Sequence record: MG962366.1
Direction: 5' to 3' (one strand)
Origin: Rhodococcus phage Finch
Length of the DNA stretch: 32,000 nt
Each line of letters begins with the position of its first letter. Positions within the stretch are counted from its first letter, which is position 1. The notes under the pieces are model-generated. The model saw nothing but the letters and a program-made list of their open reading frames with translations. It searched no databases and had not been told where the DNA came from. Shown here in pieces: positions 22,988 through 32,000 of this stretch. A program made the translations under genes and the position numbers.

Positions 22988-25900
22988 GTGAAGAAGACCT
23001 TGAGTGTGCGGTTCGAGCGTGTGATTTCCAGCGCCACGAACAAGCCGGTGACGATGGAGGTTGTCCTCACCCCACTGAACGGGGCCAACGCACCGGACCT
23101 CGATGTCACCTACCTGGCAGAGAAGCAGGTCAAGAAGATCCGTCTGGCCAACGCCGTGAACGTGGTGACCTTCGACCTGGTGCCCACGTTCATGCCTGGC
23201 CTGGACCAGCCGATCTACTACCGGATCGCATGGCGCAAGGACGTGATGGCAAACATCACGCAGACCGACTTCTCCATGCCCAATCAGGACGTGGACTACG
23301 ACGACCTGGCCAACCTGGGCAACGTGATCGGCGGGGAGAACTACCTCAAGGAGGAAGACCTCGGCGTACCGGGCCGCGTGGCCAAGCTCAACAACGCCGG
23401 TCAGGTTATCGACTCCGAGGGCAACGTCGTGGGTACCGGCGGGCTGGATGGCGTCACCGAGCTCATCGCCCAGGAGGTCCGCGACCGCAAGAGCGCAGAC
23501 TCCAACCTGGACCGCGTGCTCACCCTGCGACTGGAGACCCAGATCAACTCGGTGAACAACACCTTCACCACACTGATCAACCGGGAGACCTCCAACCGGA
23601 ACGATGCCGTCAATGCCGAGTCCGTGGCCCGCTCCAGCGCCGACTCGATCCTCGCCAGCAGCATTGCCTCCCACGAGACGATCAGCAACGGCAAGTTCGC
23701 CACCCTGACAGCTCAGGTCAATGGCCAGGCAGCCATGCTCAGCCTCAAGGCCGACCTCGTGAACGGCAAGCTCCCCACGAGCCAGCTCCCGGCCCTTGCC
23801 ATCGTCGATGTGGTTCCGGTGGCCGACGAAGCAGCCATGCTCGCCCTTACGTCGGCCCAGGTTCAACGTGGCGACGTTGCCGTGCGCCCGGACGGTACCT
23901 GGATGCTCCAGGGCTCCCAGATCAGCCAGCTGAGCTCCTGGGTGCAGATTTCGTTCCCCGGTGGTGCCGTCACCTCGGTGAACGGCCAAGTGGGCGTCAT
24001 CGTCCTGAACGCCAACGACGTGGGTGCTCGCCCCGCCGATCTGGCCATCAACATGAACGAGGTGAACGGGCTCAACTCGGCCCTGGCGGCTCGCGCCACG
24101 GTGGTCTCGCTGAACGCACTCCAGACACTTCACACCAACCTCGACACCAAGGTGACCGGCATCAACACCCGGCTCACCACGCTGGAGGGCCTCGCCGTCA
24201 AGGTGAACGGCTCCGGCGAAATCACCACCACCCTGCTGGCCGATGACGTGCCTCGGGTCAACTCCTCGAACCAGCTGATCCGCAAGGACGGCACTGTCAT
24301 CCCCACGGGTGGCGGTGGCCCCGGCGGTGGGGCGGTGGACTCGGTGAACGGCAAGGTGGGCATTGTCGTGCTCAACGCGGCCGACGTGGGGGCTCGTGCT
24401 GTCGGTGGGGCCATCCCGCTCGCCGACGTGACCGGCCTCCAGGCGGCATTGAACGCCCGCGCGACCACCACGGACCTCAGTGCCCTCGCCACCCGCGTGA
24501 GCCGCAACGAGGTGGACATCTCCGACCTCCAGGCCAGCGGCCCCGGTCAGGGTGGCTCGTCCAAGACCGCAGTCACCTGGGTGGCCGATGTCGGCACAGC
24601 CCCGTCGCTCGTCACGATGAAGAGCCCCTTCGGAATTGACGGCACGGGCACCCCGTACTACGACCCCAACGGTGCGGCCGAGGGCGAGGCGGCATTCCCG
24701 TACATCACCTCGACCGGTGGCCTGGTGCTGCGTCAGCTCAACCCCAACGCTCCGGCCGAGCCGGTCTACGCCACCAAGGCATCGGTGGACGCGCTGGCGA
24801 GCCGGGTGAGCGCGCTGGAGTCCGGTGGGTCGTCCAAGCCCCCGCTGGGATGGGCCAAGACGGACCTGGAGCAGTCGGTACAGGACACGCTCTCGCTGAC
24901 GGAGCAGGCAACCCCGTCCAGCACCGGTGAGTCCATCGTTCGCCGCAACCTCGCCGGTACCTTCGCCATCTCCGAGCCGACGGCCAACTCCAACCCCGCG
25001 ACCAAGAAGTACACCGACGACGGCCTGGCATTGAAGGCCTCGGCGGCGTCGGTCACTGCCCTGACCACCACGGTGAACGGCAAGGCGGCACAGTCGGACC
25101 TGACTGCACTCGCCGGTCGTACCACCAACATCGAAGGGGCCATGCCGCTCAAGGCAGACCTGGACGGGTCCAACCTGATCCTGGTCGGTCAGCTCCCGAC
25201 GATCCCGGCTGCCAAGGTCTCCGGGCTCAACCTCAAGGCAGACCTGGACGGGGCGGGCGGCAAGCTCCAGTTGGCTCAGGTACCCACCGGCATCCCGCAG
25301 GCGTCCATCTCCGGTCTGGTTCCGGCGCTGGCACTCAAGGCGGACCTGGTGAACGGCAAGCTGGCCACGAGCCAGATTCCGGCACTGTCCACCCAGGACC
25401 CTCAGGTCGTGGACAACCGCGCGGCCCTGCTGGCACTGACACCCACCCAGGTGCAGCGCGGCGACATCGCCGTCATCCGGGCAACCGCCGACCGGGGTAC
25501 GTACATCCTGATGACCTCGGACCCGTCCGTGTGGGCCAACTGGCAGGTGTTCGAGGCCGCAGCGGGCAACGTCGCCTCGGTGAACGGTCAGTCGGGCACC
25601 GTCGTCCTCGGTGCTGCCGATGTCGGGGCTCGACCCATCGGCACGGGCATTCCGCAGGCCGACATCACCAACCTGGTCTCGGACCTGTCCGCCAAGGCAG
25701 CGACCACCTACGTCGACACCCAGGTGGGCACTCGCACCACCCCCACGGCGGTGACGGCGCAGATCGCGGCGCAGGCACAGTCCAAGCTCTCGGTGGACTA
25801 CGTGGCGACCGGCGCTGTGACCCTCTCGGGCTCGCAGTCGATGGATGGTGTGCTGGTCGGACCGGGCAAGCGCGTGCTGTTGCCCCTCCAGGCGGCATCG

Positions 25901-26437
25901 AGCCAGAACGGCATCTACCTGACGGCCACCGGAGCGTGGAGTCGCGTGTCCGACTTCCCGGACGGCGCTACGTTCCTTCCCGGTTCCCTGGTGGCGGTCA
26001 AGACCGGCACGTCGAACTCGGACAGTCTGTGGCAGCTCACCACGACCTCCTCGGGCGTCGTGGGGACCAACGCGCAGAACTGGGCCAAGATCATGAACGG
26101 TGGCGTCCCCAAGACGTACACCGCTGGCAACGGCATCGACGTGACCGGCACGGTCGTCTCCGCCAAGGCGGGCACCGGCATCATCGTGGACGGCACCGGC
26201 ATCCGGCTGGACAAGACCCAGGTGGTGCAGAAGTTCGCGGACTTTGTGCCCTCCGGCTCGTCCGTGGCCACCGTGACGCACAACCTGGGCACTCGCGATG
26301 TCACGGTCACCGTGTACGACAACGCCTCGGGCGACGTGGTGCTCGTGGGCTGGACCATCGTGAACCTCAACCAGATTTCCATCGAGTTCGCCTCGGCCCC
26401 TGCCTCGCAGCAGTGGCGAGTCGTTGTGACGGGCTAA
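22988..26437 (+). CDS. large tail fibre / minor tail protein with repeated VNGxxGxVVLxAxDVGAR modules
   Basis: 1149 aa; GTG start; repeated tail-fibre motif SVNGQVGVIVLNANDVGARP and repeated LKADLxGGKLxxxQxP segments. Confidence 0.85.
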   Translation: MKKTLSVRFERVISSATNKPVTMEVVLTPLNGANAPDLDVTYLAEKQVKKIRLANAVNVVTFDLVPTFMPGLDQPIYYRIAWRKDVMANITQTDFSMPNQDVDYDDLANLGNVIGGENYLKEEDLGVPGRVAKLNNAGQVIDSEGNVVGTGGLDGVTELIAQEVRDRKSADSNLDRVLTLRLETQINSVNNTFTTLINRETSNRNDAVNAESVARSSADSILASSIASHETISNGKFATLTAQVNGQAAMLSLKADLVNGKLPTSQLPALAIVDVVPVADEAAMLALTSAQVQRGDVAVRPDGTWMLQGSQISQLSSWVQISFPGGAVTSVNGQVGVIVLNANDVGARPADLAINMNEVNGLNSALAARATVVSLNALQTLHTNLDTKVTGINTRLTTLEGLAVKVNGSGEITTTLLADDVPRVNSSNQLIRKDGTVIPTGGGGPGGGAVDSVNGKVGIVVLNAADVGARAVGGAIPLADVTGLQAALNARATTTDLSALATRVSRNEVDISDLQASGPGQGGSSKTAVTWVADVGTAPSLVTMKSPFGIDGTGTPYYDPNGAAEGEAAFPYITSTGGLVLRQLNPNAPAEPVYATKASVDALASRVSALESGGSSKPPLGWAKTDLEQSVQDTLSLTEQATPSSTGESIVRRNLAGTFAISEPTANSNPATKKYTDDGLALKASAASVTALTTTVNGKAAQSDLTALAGRTTNIEGAMPLKADLDGSNLILVGQLPTIPAAKVSGLNLKADLDGAGGKLQLAQVPTGIPQASISGLVPALALKADLVNGKLATSQIPALSTQDPQVVDNRAALLALTPTQVQRGDIAVIRATADRGTYILMTSDPSVWANWQVFEAAAGNVASVNGQSGTVVLGAADVGARPIGTGIPQADITNLVSDLSAKAATTYVDTQVGTRTTPTAVTAQIAAQAQSKLSVDYVATGAVTLSGSQSMDGVLVGPGKRVLLPLQAASSQNGIYLTATGAWSRVSDFPDGATFLPGSLVAVKTGTSNSDSLWQLTTTSSGVVGTNAQNWAKIMNGGVPKTYTAGNGIDVTGTVVSAKAGTGIIVDGTGIRLDKTQVVQKFADFVPSGSSVATVTHNLGTRDVTVTVYDNASGDVVLVGWTIVNLNQISIEFASAPASQQWRVVVTG

Positions 26438-26445
26438 GGAGCAGC

Positions 26446-27153
26446 ATGACTTCGCTCAACTACGGTGGCCCACCGATTGCCAGCGACGGCAAGACGGTGG
26501 GCTACGTGGAGTACCTCAACTCGGTCAAGGCCGGAGCGATGACTCAGGCCCAGGTCGACACCCAGATTGCCAACGCCCTCGCCGGGTACGCCACGACGGC
26601 TTACGTGGACCAGCAGGACGCCTTGCTGGCGATGACGACCTACGTGGATTCCAGGGATGCCCTCAAAGTCCCTCTTACCCAACGCGGTCAGGCCAACGGC
26701 GTGGCCACACTGGTCTCGTCCAAGGTCCCGGTGGCCCAACTTCCGACCACAACTCAGAACTGGGCGCGCGGCCCCTACGTGCCCTCGGGCTTCAACACCG
26801 GCAACATCACGGCCAGCGGGTCGGAGGTCACGCTCTACACCATGACCGTGAACGATCCGGGATACCCGTACAAGATTCTGGCGTGGGGCTACTCGGAGGC
26901 CCAGACCTCCGACGCCACCACCACCGGACTGGTGTACGTCCGCCAGACCAGCACGGCGGGGACAATCCTGGCCATCGGACAGACCAAGATGCAGCTGGAC
27001 TGGGGCGATTGCGTGTGGGGGCCGACCGGTAACGGCACGGTCCTGACCGGCAACACCACGCTGTACATTCGAGGGCTCCGCCAGCAGGGCTCCGGCTCGA
27101 TCACCTTCTCGAACTTCAAGGCCAACTGCTGCGCGATTGCCGTTCCGGCTTAA
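26446..27153 (+). CDS. minor tail protein, paralog 1 of 3
   Basis: ATG 26446 after aaggagcagc; TTAYVDQQDALLAMTTYVDSRDALKVPLTQRGQANGVATL. Confidence 0.8.
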   Translation: MTSLNYGGPPIASDGKTVGYVEYLNSVKAGAMTQAQVDTQIANALAGYATTAYVDQQDALLAMTTYVDSRDALKVPLTQRGQANGVATLVSSKVPVAQLPTTTQNWARGPYVPSGFNTGNITASGSEVTLYTMTVNDPGYPYKILAWGYSEAQTSDATTTGLVYVRQTSTAGTILAIGQTKMQLDWGDCVWGPTGNGTVLTGNTTLYIRGLRQQGSGSITFSNFKANCCAIAVPA

Positions 27154-27162
27154 GGAGATTCA

Positions 27163-27903
27163 ATGCCACCGCTGAAGAACATGGGCCGACCCGGCGACAC
27201 CGACGCGTCCATGATGACCAAGGAAACCATCGACGCCCGCTTCGCGGCCACGTCGGTGAGCTCACAGGACGTGACCAACCAGATCAACGCACAGACCGGC
27301 GAGCTGGTCACCAAGACGTACGTGGATCAGCAGGACTCCCCGTTGGCCACCAAGCTCTACGTGGACAACCAGGACGGGGCCTACGTCAACCTGGCATCGC
27401 GCGGCGTGGCCAACGGCGTGGCCCAGCTCGGGGCCGACGGCAAGATTCCCGCCGGACAGCTCGGCACCATCCCGGACCGGCGACCGGTGTTCCTGAACGG
27501 TGCCACCATCTCCTCGTTCAGCCCGTGGACGATCAGCTCGGTGCCTGGCAGCTATCGCATTGCCCAGCTGTCCATCCCCGATCCGGGGTGGCCCTACCGC
27601 ATCTTCATGTTCGCCTCGGTGGAGAACCGATCCAGCGCCGCCGGAGGGTCCATCGGTCGCGTAATCGCCGTACTACGAGGGCGATCCAACCTTCGCCAGG
27701 GGCACGGCACCAGCTCCTCGCAGGGCGACTGGAACCGCATCAAGGTCTTGCCGTGCGCCCTCCCCGGCGACAACGGCAGTCAGGCCGGATTCACCGGCTC
27801 GGACTGGCTGGACCTCTACGCCGAGAAGCAGTCGGGCGGGTCCAGCCATATCTTCACGAGCTACCAGTTGCAATTTTCCGCCGTCCTCATGCCGGTCATC
27901 TAA
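27163..27903 (+). CDS. minor tail protein, paralog 2 of 3
   Basis: taaggag RBS; TKTYVDQQDSPLATKLYVDNQDGAYVNLASRGVANGVAQLGADGKIPAGQL. Confidence 0.8.
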   Translation: MPPLKNMGRPGDTDASMMTKETIDARFAATSVSSQDVTNQINAQTGELVTKTYVDQQDSPLATKLYVDNQDGAYVNLASRGVANGVAQLGADGKIPAGQLGTIPDRRPVFLNGATISSFSPWTISSVPGSYRIAQLSIPDPGWPYRIFMFASVENRSSAAGGSIGRVIAVLRGRSNLRQGHGTSSSQGDWNRIKVLPCALPGDNGSQAGFTGSDWLDLYAEKQSGGSSHIFTSYQLQFSAVLMPVI

Positions 27904-27911
27904 GGAGCCTC

Positions 27912-28649
27912 ATGTCTTCCCTCAAACTGGTGGGTCGCCCTGCCGACCAGGCGCGACACGTAGTCACCAAGCTGTCCGTGGATACGGCTCTGGCCGACGG
28001 TGTTTCACAGGCCTACGTCCAGCAGAAGGTCTCCGACGGCATTGCCCCGTTGGCCACCAAGACCTATGTGGACGGCCAAGACGGTCAGTTCGCCACCAAG
28101 ACGTACGTCAACACCAAGGACGGCCTCCTGCTCCCCACCTCGCAACGTGGGGCTGCCAACGGGGTTGCTCCGCTCGACTCGCAGGGCAAGGTGCTCTCCA
28201 CCTACCTGCCCACCCAAGGCAGCGGCATCATCAAGGGTCCGTACTACCCGACCTCCCGCTCGCAGGCCACGTCCGTGACTCAGGGTGCCTACAAGCAGAT
28301 GGCGGCATGGAGTTACCCCGCTCCCGGCTTCCGGTGGGTGCCCATCGTGTTCGGCAACGCCATCGTCTACAACGCCGACGGACGGCTGGACATCGAAGTG
28401 CGGGTGGGCACCGCCACCAACGGCCTGATCATTTCCGCCGGTCAGTGCCAGAACGTCTTTAACGGGTACGCCTCGGTGGCCATCGTTCCGCAGGGCTGGA
28501 ACAACTCCGCCTTCCAGGGCTATGCCCCGACCGCCGTGGTGAACGTGACGATGTGGGCCACCAACCCCTTCGCCGGTGCGGCCGAGACCGGAGTGCCGGA
28601 CTACGACCAGGACAACTGCATGTACCTGATGAAGATTTCGCCGAACTAG
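27912..28649 (+). CDS. minor tail protein, paralog 3 of 3
   Basis: taaggag RBS; TKTYVDGQDGQFATKTYVNTKDGLLLPTSQRGAANGVAPLDSQGKVLSTYLP. Confidence 0.8.
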   Translation: MSSLKLVGRPADQARHVVTKLSVDTALADGVSQAYVQQKVSDGIAPLATKTYVDGQDGQFATKTYVNTKDGLLLPTSQRGAANGVAPLDSQGKVLSTYLPTQGSGIIKGPYYPTSRSQATSVTQGAYKQMAAWSYPAPGFRWVPIVFGNAIVYNADGRLDIEVRVGTATNGLIISAGQCQNVFNGYASVAIVPQGWNNSAFQGYAPTAVVNVTMWATNPFAGAAETGVPDYDQDNCMYLMKISPN

Positions 28650-28686
28650 AAACCTTGTGACCGGGGCGTTGGCCGACCTAAGAGGT

Positions 28687-31500
28687 ATGAGCCCCAATTC
28701 TGATTCCCTGGTCGGTCAGCTCCTCGTGGACTTCTCCGCAGGCGTGCCCAGCGCCGCGCAGATCAAGTCAGCCGGATACGTGGGGGCGGTTCGTTACGTC
28801 AGTGACCCGCGCGCGGCGTGGATGATCGGCAAGCCGCTCTCCCACCGTGAGGCCGATGACTTACGTAGCTCCGGCCTCGCGGTGGTTTCCAACTTCCAGT
28901 ACGGCAAGCGCGACTGGGATGGCGGTGCCACCCAAGGAGTTCGGGACGCCGAGCGAGGCCTACTCCTGCACAAGGACGCCGGTGGGCCGGACGACGCCCC
29001 GATCTACGTCTCGGTGGACGCCAACCCCTCGCCGGACGAGCTCCGCAATCTGGTACTTCCGTACCTCAAGGCGTGGCAGGACCGCATCGGCCGCGAGCGC
29101 ATGGGCGTGTACTGCAACAAGCAGACGATCGACTTCTGCCTTGCCAACAACATCGGGACGTTCTTCTGGCAGCATGGCTGGGACGGGCGGGCACCAGGAG
29201 TCCCGCTCACACCCCACCCGCTGGCCCACATCCTCCAGTTCGAGATCGACAAGTCGAAGGTGGGAGATGTTGGGGTAGACCGGAACCGCGTTCTTCGTGA
29301 AGAGTTCGGGCAGTGGGGTGGCACCACCCCGACACCCGAGCCTCCCAAGGAGGGCAACGTGATCTCCCCCAACGGCTATCCCGTCAAGGTCTACCCCGGC
29401 CCCGGCTACACGCAGGGTCACGGTGCGTACCTACGCATCTACGTCCACTCCACCGAGAACCAGGACTGGGTGGCGAAGGCGGAGAACGTCGCCGACTACC
29501 AGGCTCGCCAGCAGGACGGCAGCTACCACGACCTGATCGACGACGACAAGATCATCGAGACGGTGAACAGCAAGAACACCGCCTGGGGCGTGCTGCGCGA
29601 CAACGGCAACTCCATCCAGATCGCACTCGTGCTGACCTCGGGTGCCATCGAGACCTGGAACGGTGCCAACCCGAACTCGGAGTCCCGGCCCAAGTCGCGC
29701 GAGCAGTGGCTCAAGCACGAGAAGATGTTGGACATGCTCGCGTGGCGTATCGCCTACCACGCCAAGGAGCGGGGCATCCCCATCGAGCGGGTGGACATCG
29801 CCGGAGTGGGCCGCAACGAGCGCGGTGTGAGCTCGCACAACAACTACACCTACGGCTCAAAGGCCCTCTACGGCTTCAAGGACGGTAACCACTGGGACAT
29901 CCCGGACACGTTCCCGTTCGACAAGGTGCTCGCGGCTGCCAAGGCGTACGCCGGGGTCAAGGATGACCCGGACCGCTTCCCGCTGCCCGCAGGTCACTAC
30001 TGGGGTCCGCTGGACGGCCCTGCCGAGTCCTGGTCCAACGTCTACGGCAACGAGCCGCAGTCGTCCAAGGACGGGCTCAAGCGCTGGCAGCTCGCCATCG
30101 GCATCCCCGGCTCGGGCATCTACGACGCAGCCACCAAGGCCGCGGCATTGCGGATGCAGTCGCTCATGGGATGGCCGACCAAGCTGGAAGACGGCTCGGA
30201 CAACGGTCGAGTCTGGGAGGGGGAATGGAACATGGTCATCCGTGAGGGGTGGCGCTTCCCGGCCCCGGAACCTGTTGACACCACGCCGATTAACGCAGGT
30301 CACGCGGTTACGCGGGCGGTCAAGATCAAAGACCTCACCGGTCCGGGCATCACCACCCGCTTCGGCTTCGAGTTCACCGACCTTGGCGTGACGTGCCGGA
30401 CCCCGCAGCGCGGCTACATCCTGTCCCTGTTCGGGGACACCGAGCCCTTCGGAGCCATCGACAAGTGGCGCTCGCCGGTGGGCCTGATTTCCAAGACCAA
30501 GAACCTGGACGAGGGCATCGTGTGGGACCACGCCGTTGGCGGTGACCCGAACTACGCCCGTCAGCTCTGGGACTACCCCCACAACAACCCGGTGTTCAGC
30601 ACGGTGCTGCCCTCGGACGTGCTCGTTGTCGGTAGCGACATCTACCTGCACGTCATGGTCAACCAGGGCCTCGGCAACGTCGTCTGGACCGAAATCTGGA
30701 AGTCGGTGGATGATGGCGAGACCTGGTTCCACACGGGTGCGAAGTTCCCCTCGGACCTCTGCAACGGCCTTGCCCAGCTCTGGACGTGGGACCTCGCGCC
30801 TGACGGATTCGTTTACATCTACAGCACTGGTTTCCAGCGCGATAAGCCTCTCATTCTGCGCCGCGTACCTCGCGAGCGAATCAGCGATGTCTCGGCTTAT
30901 GAAGGTTGGGGCTGGACGCCGGAAGGTGGATGGGGATGGGGCAACAACCCCACTCCTGTTCTGGAGGTAGCGAACTCGGCGCAGAAGTTCGGCGAGATGT
31001 GCTTCCGCTACATCGACGGTCGGTTCGTGCTGGTCACGTTCGACGCATCGGACAACGAGGGCTACGACCTCGACGTTCGCATCTTCGACAGCCCCACCTC
31101 CAACCTCTACGAGGCGGAGAAGAGCACCCCGATTCGCGGCGGTGCGTGGGGCCACGAGGACGACGAGCATGTCGCCCAGCTCTACGGCCCCAGCATCGTT
31201 CCGGGGTCCAAGGTGGGCGAGGGCTTCCACATCCTGCTCAGCCAGTGGAACACCTCCCCCGGAGGCAACAACTGGCCCTACCGTGCGATGCAGTTCAAGA
31301 TTCCGGTGGGCACCCCCAAGGTCGTCCCGCCGGTCGTTGTTCCGCCCGTCGTTGTTGAACCACCGGTGATTCCGCCGGTCGTAGTACCTCCGGTGGTCAC
31401 ACCGGAGCCCTCCCTGCCGCCTGTGAAGCTCCCGAACATCTGGGAAGACATCTGCTTCGCACTACGGGAGATTGCCCGCAAACTGTTCTCAAGAAAGTGA
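28687..31500 (+). CDS. multidomain endolysin/cell-wall hydrolase: DUF1906-like + Amidase_2-like + PG-binding-like + DUF4185-like + PPVV linker
   Basis: LLVDFSAGVPSAAQIKSAGYVGAVRYVS...; IYVHSTENQDW...QIALV...GVSSHNNYT...NHWDIP; W...IGIPGSGIYDAATKAAALRMQSLMG; FGDTEPFGAIDKWRSPVGLISK...EIWKSVDDGETW. ATG 28687 preferred over GTG 28657 because of agaggt RBS. Confidence 0.8.
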   Translation: MSPNSDSLVGQLLVDFSAGVPSAAQIKSAGYVGAVRYVSDPRAAWMIGKPLSHREADDLRSSGLAVVSNFQYGKRDWDGGATQGVRDAERGLLLHKDAGGPDDAPIYVSVDANPSPDELRNLVLPYLKAWQDRIGRERMGVYCNKQTIDFCLANNIGTFFWQHGWDGRAPGVPLTPHPLAHILQFEIDKSKVGDVGVDRNRVLREEFGQWGGTTPTPEPPKEGNVISPNGYPVKVYPGPGYTQGHGAYLRIYVHSTENQDWVAKAENVADYQARQQDGSYHDLIDDDKIIETVNSKNTAWGVLRDNGNSIQIALVLTSGAIETWNGANPNSESRPKSREQWLKHEKMLDMLAWRIAYHAKERGIPIERVDIAGVGRNERGVSSHNNYTYGSKALYGFKDGNHWDIPDTFPFDKVLAAAKAYAGVKDDPDRFPLPAGHYWGPLDGPAESWSNVYGNEPQSSKDGLKRWQLAIGIPGSGIYDAATKAAALRMQSLMGWPTKLEDGSDNGRVWEGEWNMVIREGWRFPAPEPVDTTPINAGHAVTRAVKIKDLTGPGITTRFGFEFTDLGVTCRTPQRGYILSLFGDTEPFGAIDKWRSPVGLISKTKNLDEGIVWDHAVGGDPNYARQLWDYPHNNPVFSTVLPSDVLVVGSDIYLHVMVNQGLGNVVWTEIWKSVDDGETWFHTGAKFPSDLCNGLAQLWTWDLAPDGFVYIYSTGFQRDKPLILRRVPRERISDVSAYEGWGWTPEGGWGWGNNPTPVLEVANSAQKFGEMCFRYIDGRFVLVTFDASDNEGYDLDVRIFDSPTSNLYEAEKSTPIRGGAWGHEDDEHVAQLYGPSIVPGSKVGEGFHILLSQWNTSPGGNNWPYRAMQFKIPVGTPKVVPPVVVPPVVVEPPVIPPVVVPPVVTPEPSLPPVKLPNIWEDICFALREIARKLFSRK

Positions 31501-32000
31501 GCCAGGACATGACTCATCGCGTCACGGTGGACATCCCGCCGAGCCAGTACAAAATCACCGAGCGGGCATTCTGGTCGCAGACCATCGACCGCACCATCAA
31601 GACCGCCATCCAGGCCTTGATCGTGTTCCTCGGTGGTGGCGTCGCCATCGCTCAGGTCAACTGGGGCAGTGCGCTGACCTCGGTGGCCGTCACCGTCGTC
31701 ATCACGCTCGTGCTGTCGCTCGCTTCGGCACGGCTGTACGAGGTCGAGAGCTTCTACATCGACCTCGCTCAAAGGTCTGCACGTACGTTCTTCGCGACCT
31801 TTGGCGGTGCGCTTGCTGGCTTGGCCACGTATGACCACATCAATTGGAAAGAACTCCTGAGCTTGTCCGCTGCCGGTGTATTGCTGTCTGTAGGAACCTC
31901 GTTCGCCTCGAAGAGTGTGGGTGTCCCGAACACTGCCTCGCTGCTACGCGGTGCGGAGTTGTACCTGACGGAACCACCGCTCTCGCCCAAGCGGCGTTAA
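31497..32000 (+). CDS. holin-like membrane protein
   Basis: GTGA overlap with lysin; TAIQALIVFLGGGVAIAQ, LTSVAVTVVITLVLSLASA and further hydrophobic segments (FATFGGALAGLA, LLSLSAAGVLLSVG); position directly after lysin. Confidence 0.75.
   Translation: MSQDMTHRVTVDIPPSQYKITERAFWSQTIDRTIKTAIQALIVFLGGGVAIAQVNWGSALTSVAVTVVITLVLSLASARLYEVESFYIDLAQRSARTFFATFGGALAGLATYDHINWKELLSLSAAGVLLSVGTSFASKSVGVPNTASLLRGAELYLTEPPLSPKRR

Noticed and set aside
22940-26281. 1113 aa minus-strand ORF
   Set aside because: Antisense shadow ORF of the high-GC tail fibre gene; low-complexity translation, no RBS context, and the + frame has clear tail-fibre motifs.
28655-28690. TTGTGACC...GACCTAAGAGG upstream of the lysin as a promoter of the same family
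   Set aside because: Shares only a few bases; lacks GTAACG and the GATAT box; probably just intergenic/RBS sequence.
1-32000. tRNA genes or CRISPR arrays
   Set aside because: No cloverleaf-like GTTCRANYC-containing segment or regularly spaced direct repeats recognised by eye; a tRNAscan-SE/ARAGORN run would be needed to be certain.

Overview
This 32 kb, high-GC window is from a large actinobacteriophage. The envelope-targeting enzymes suggest a mycolic-acid-containing host (Mycobacteriales); this is inferred, not proven. Nearly all supported genes are on the + strand and tightly packed, often with ATGA/GTGA overlaps. From left to right: (i) ~15 kb of small genes, mostly of unknown function, including a MazG-like protein, a NUMOD4/HNH homing endonuclease, an RNAP alpha-CTD-like protein, a lysin-B-like esterase and a DUF6884-like protein; (ii) a compact 15.4-19.4 kb operon encoding a ParB-like protein, a DpdA/TGT-like transglycosylase, QueC, QueD, QueE and FolE, i.e. 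a predicted 7-deazaguanine (preQ0-type) DNA-modification system; (iii) small genes including a 2H-phosphoesterase-like protein; (iv) a tail-fibre-type gene and three tandem paralogous tail genes; (v) a ~938 aa multidomain lysin (DUF1906-like, Amidase_2-like, PG-binding-like and DUF4185-like domains) followed by a holin-like gene. The strongest non-coding signal is a directional, repeated element, TGTAACG-N16/17-GAYATAC-N3-KTGAAGG. I found ten copies, each just upstream of a gene. It resembles an ECF sigma-factor (SigD-type) promoter and carries an extra conserved downstream box. Four hairpin terminators are supported. All functional calls are by eye; no searches were run.
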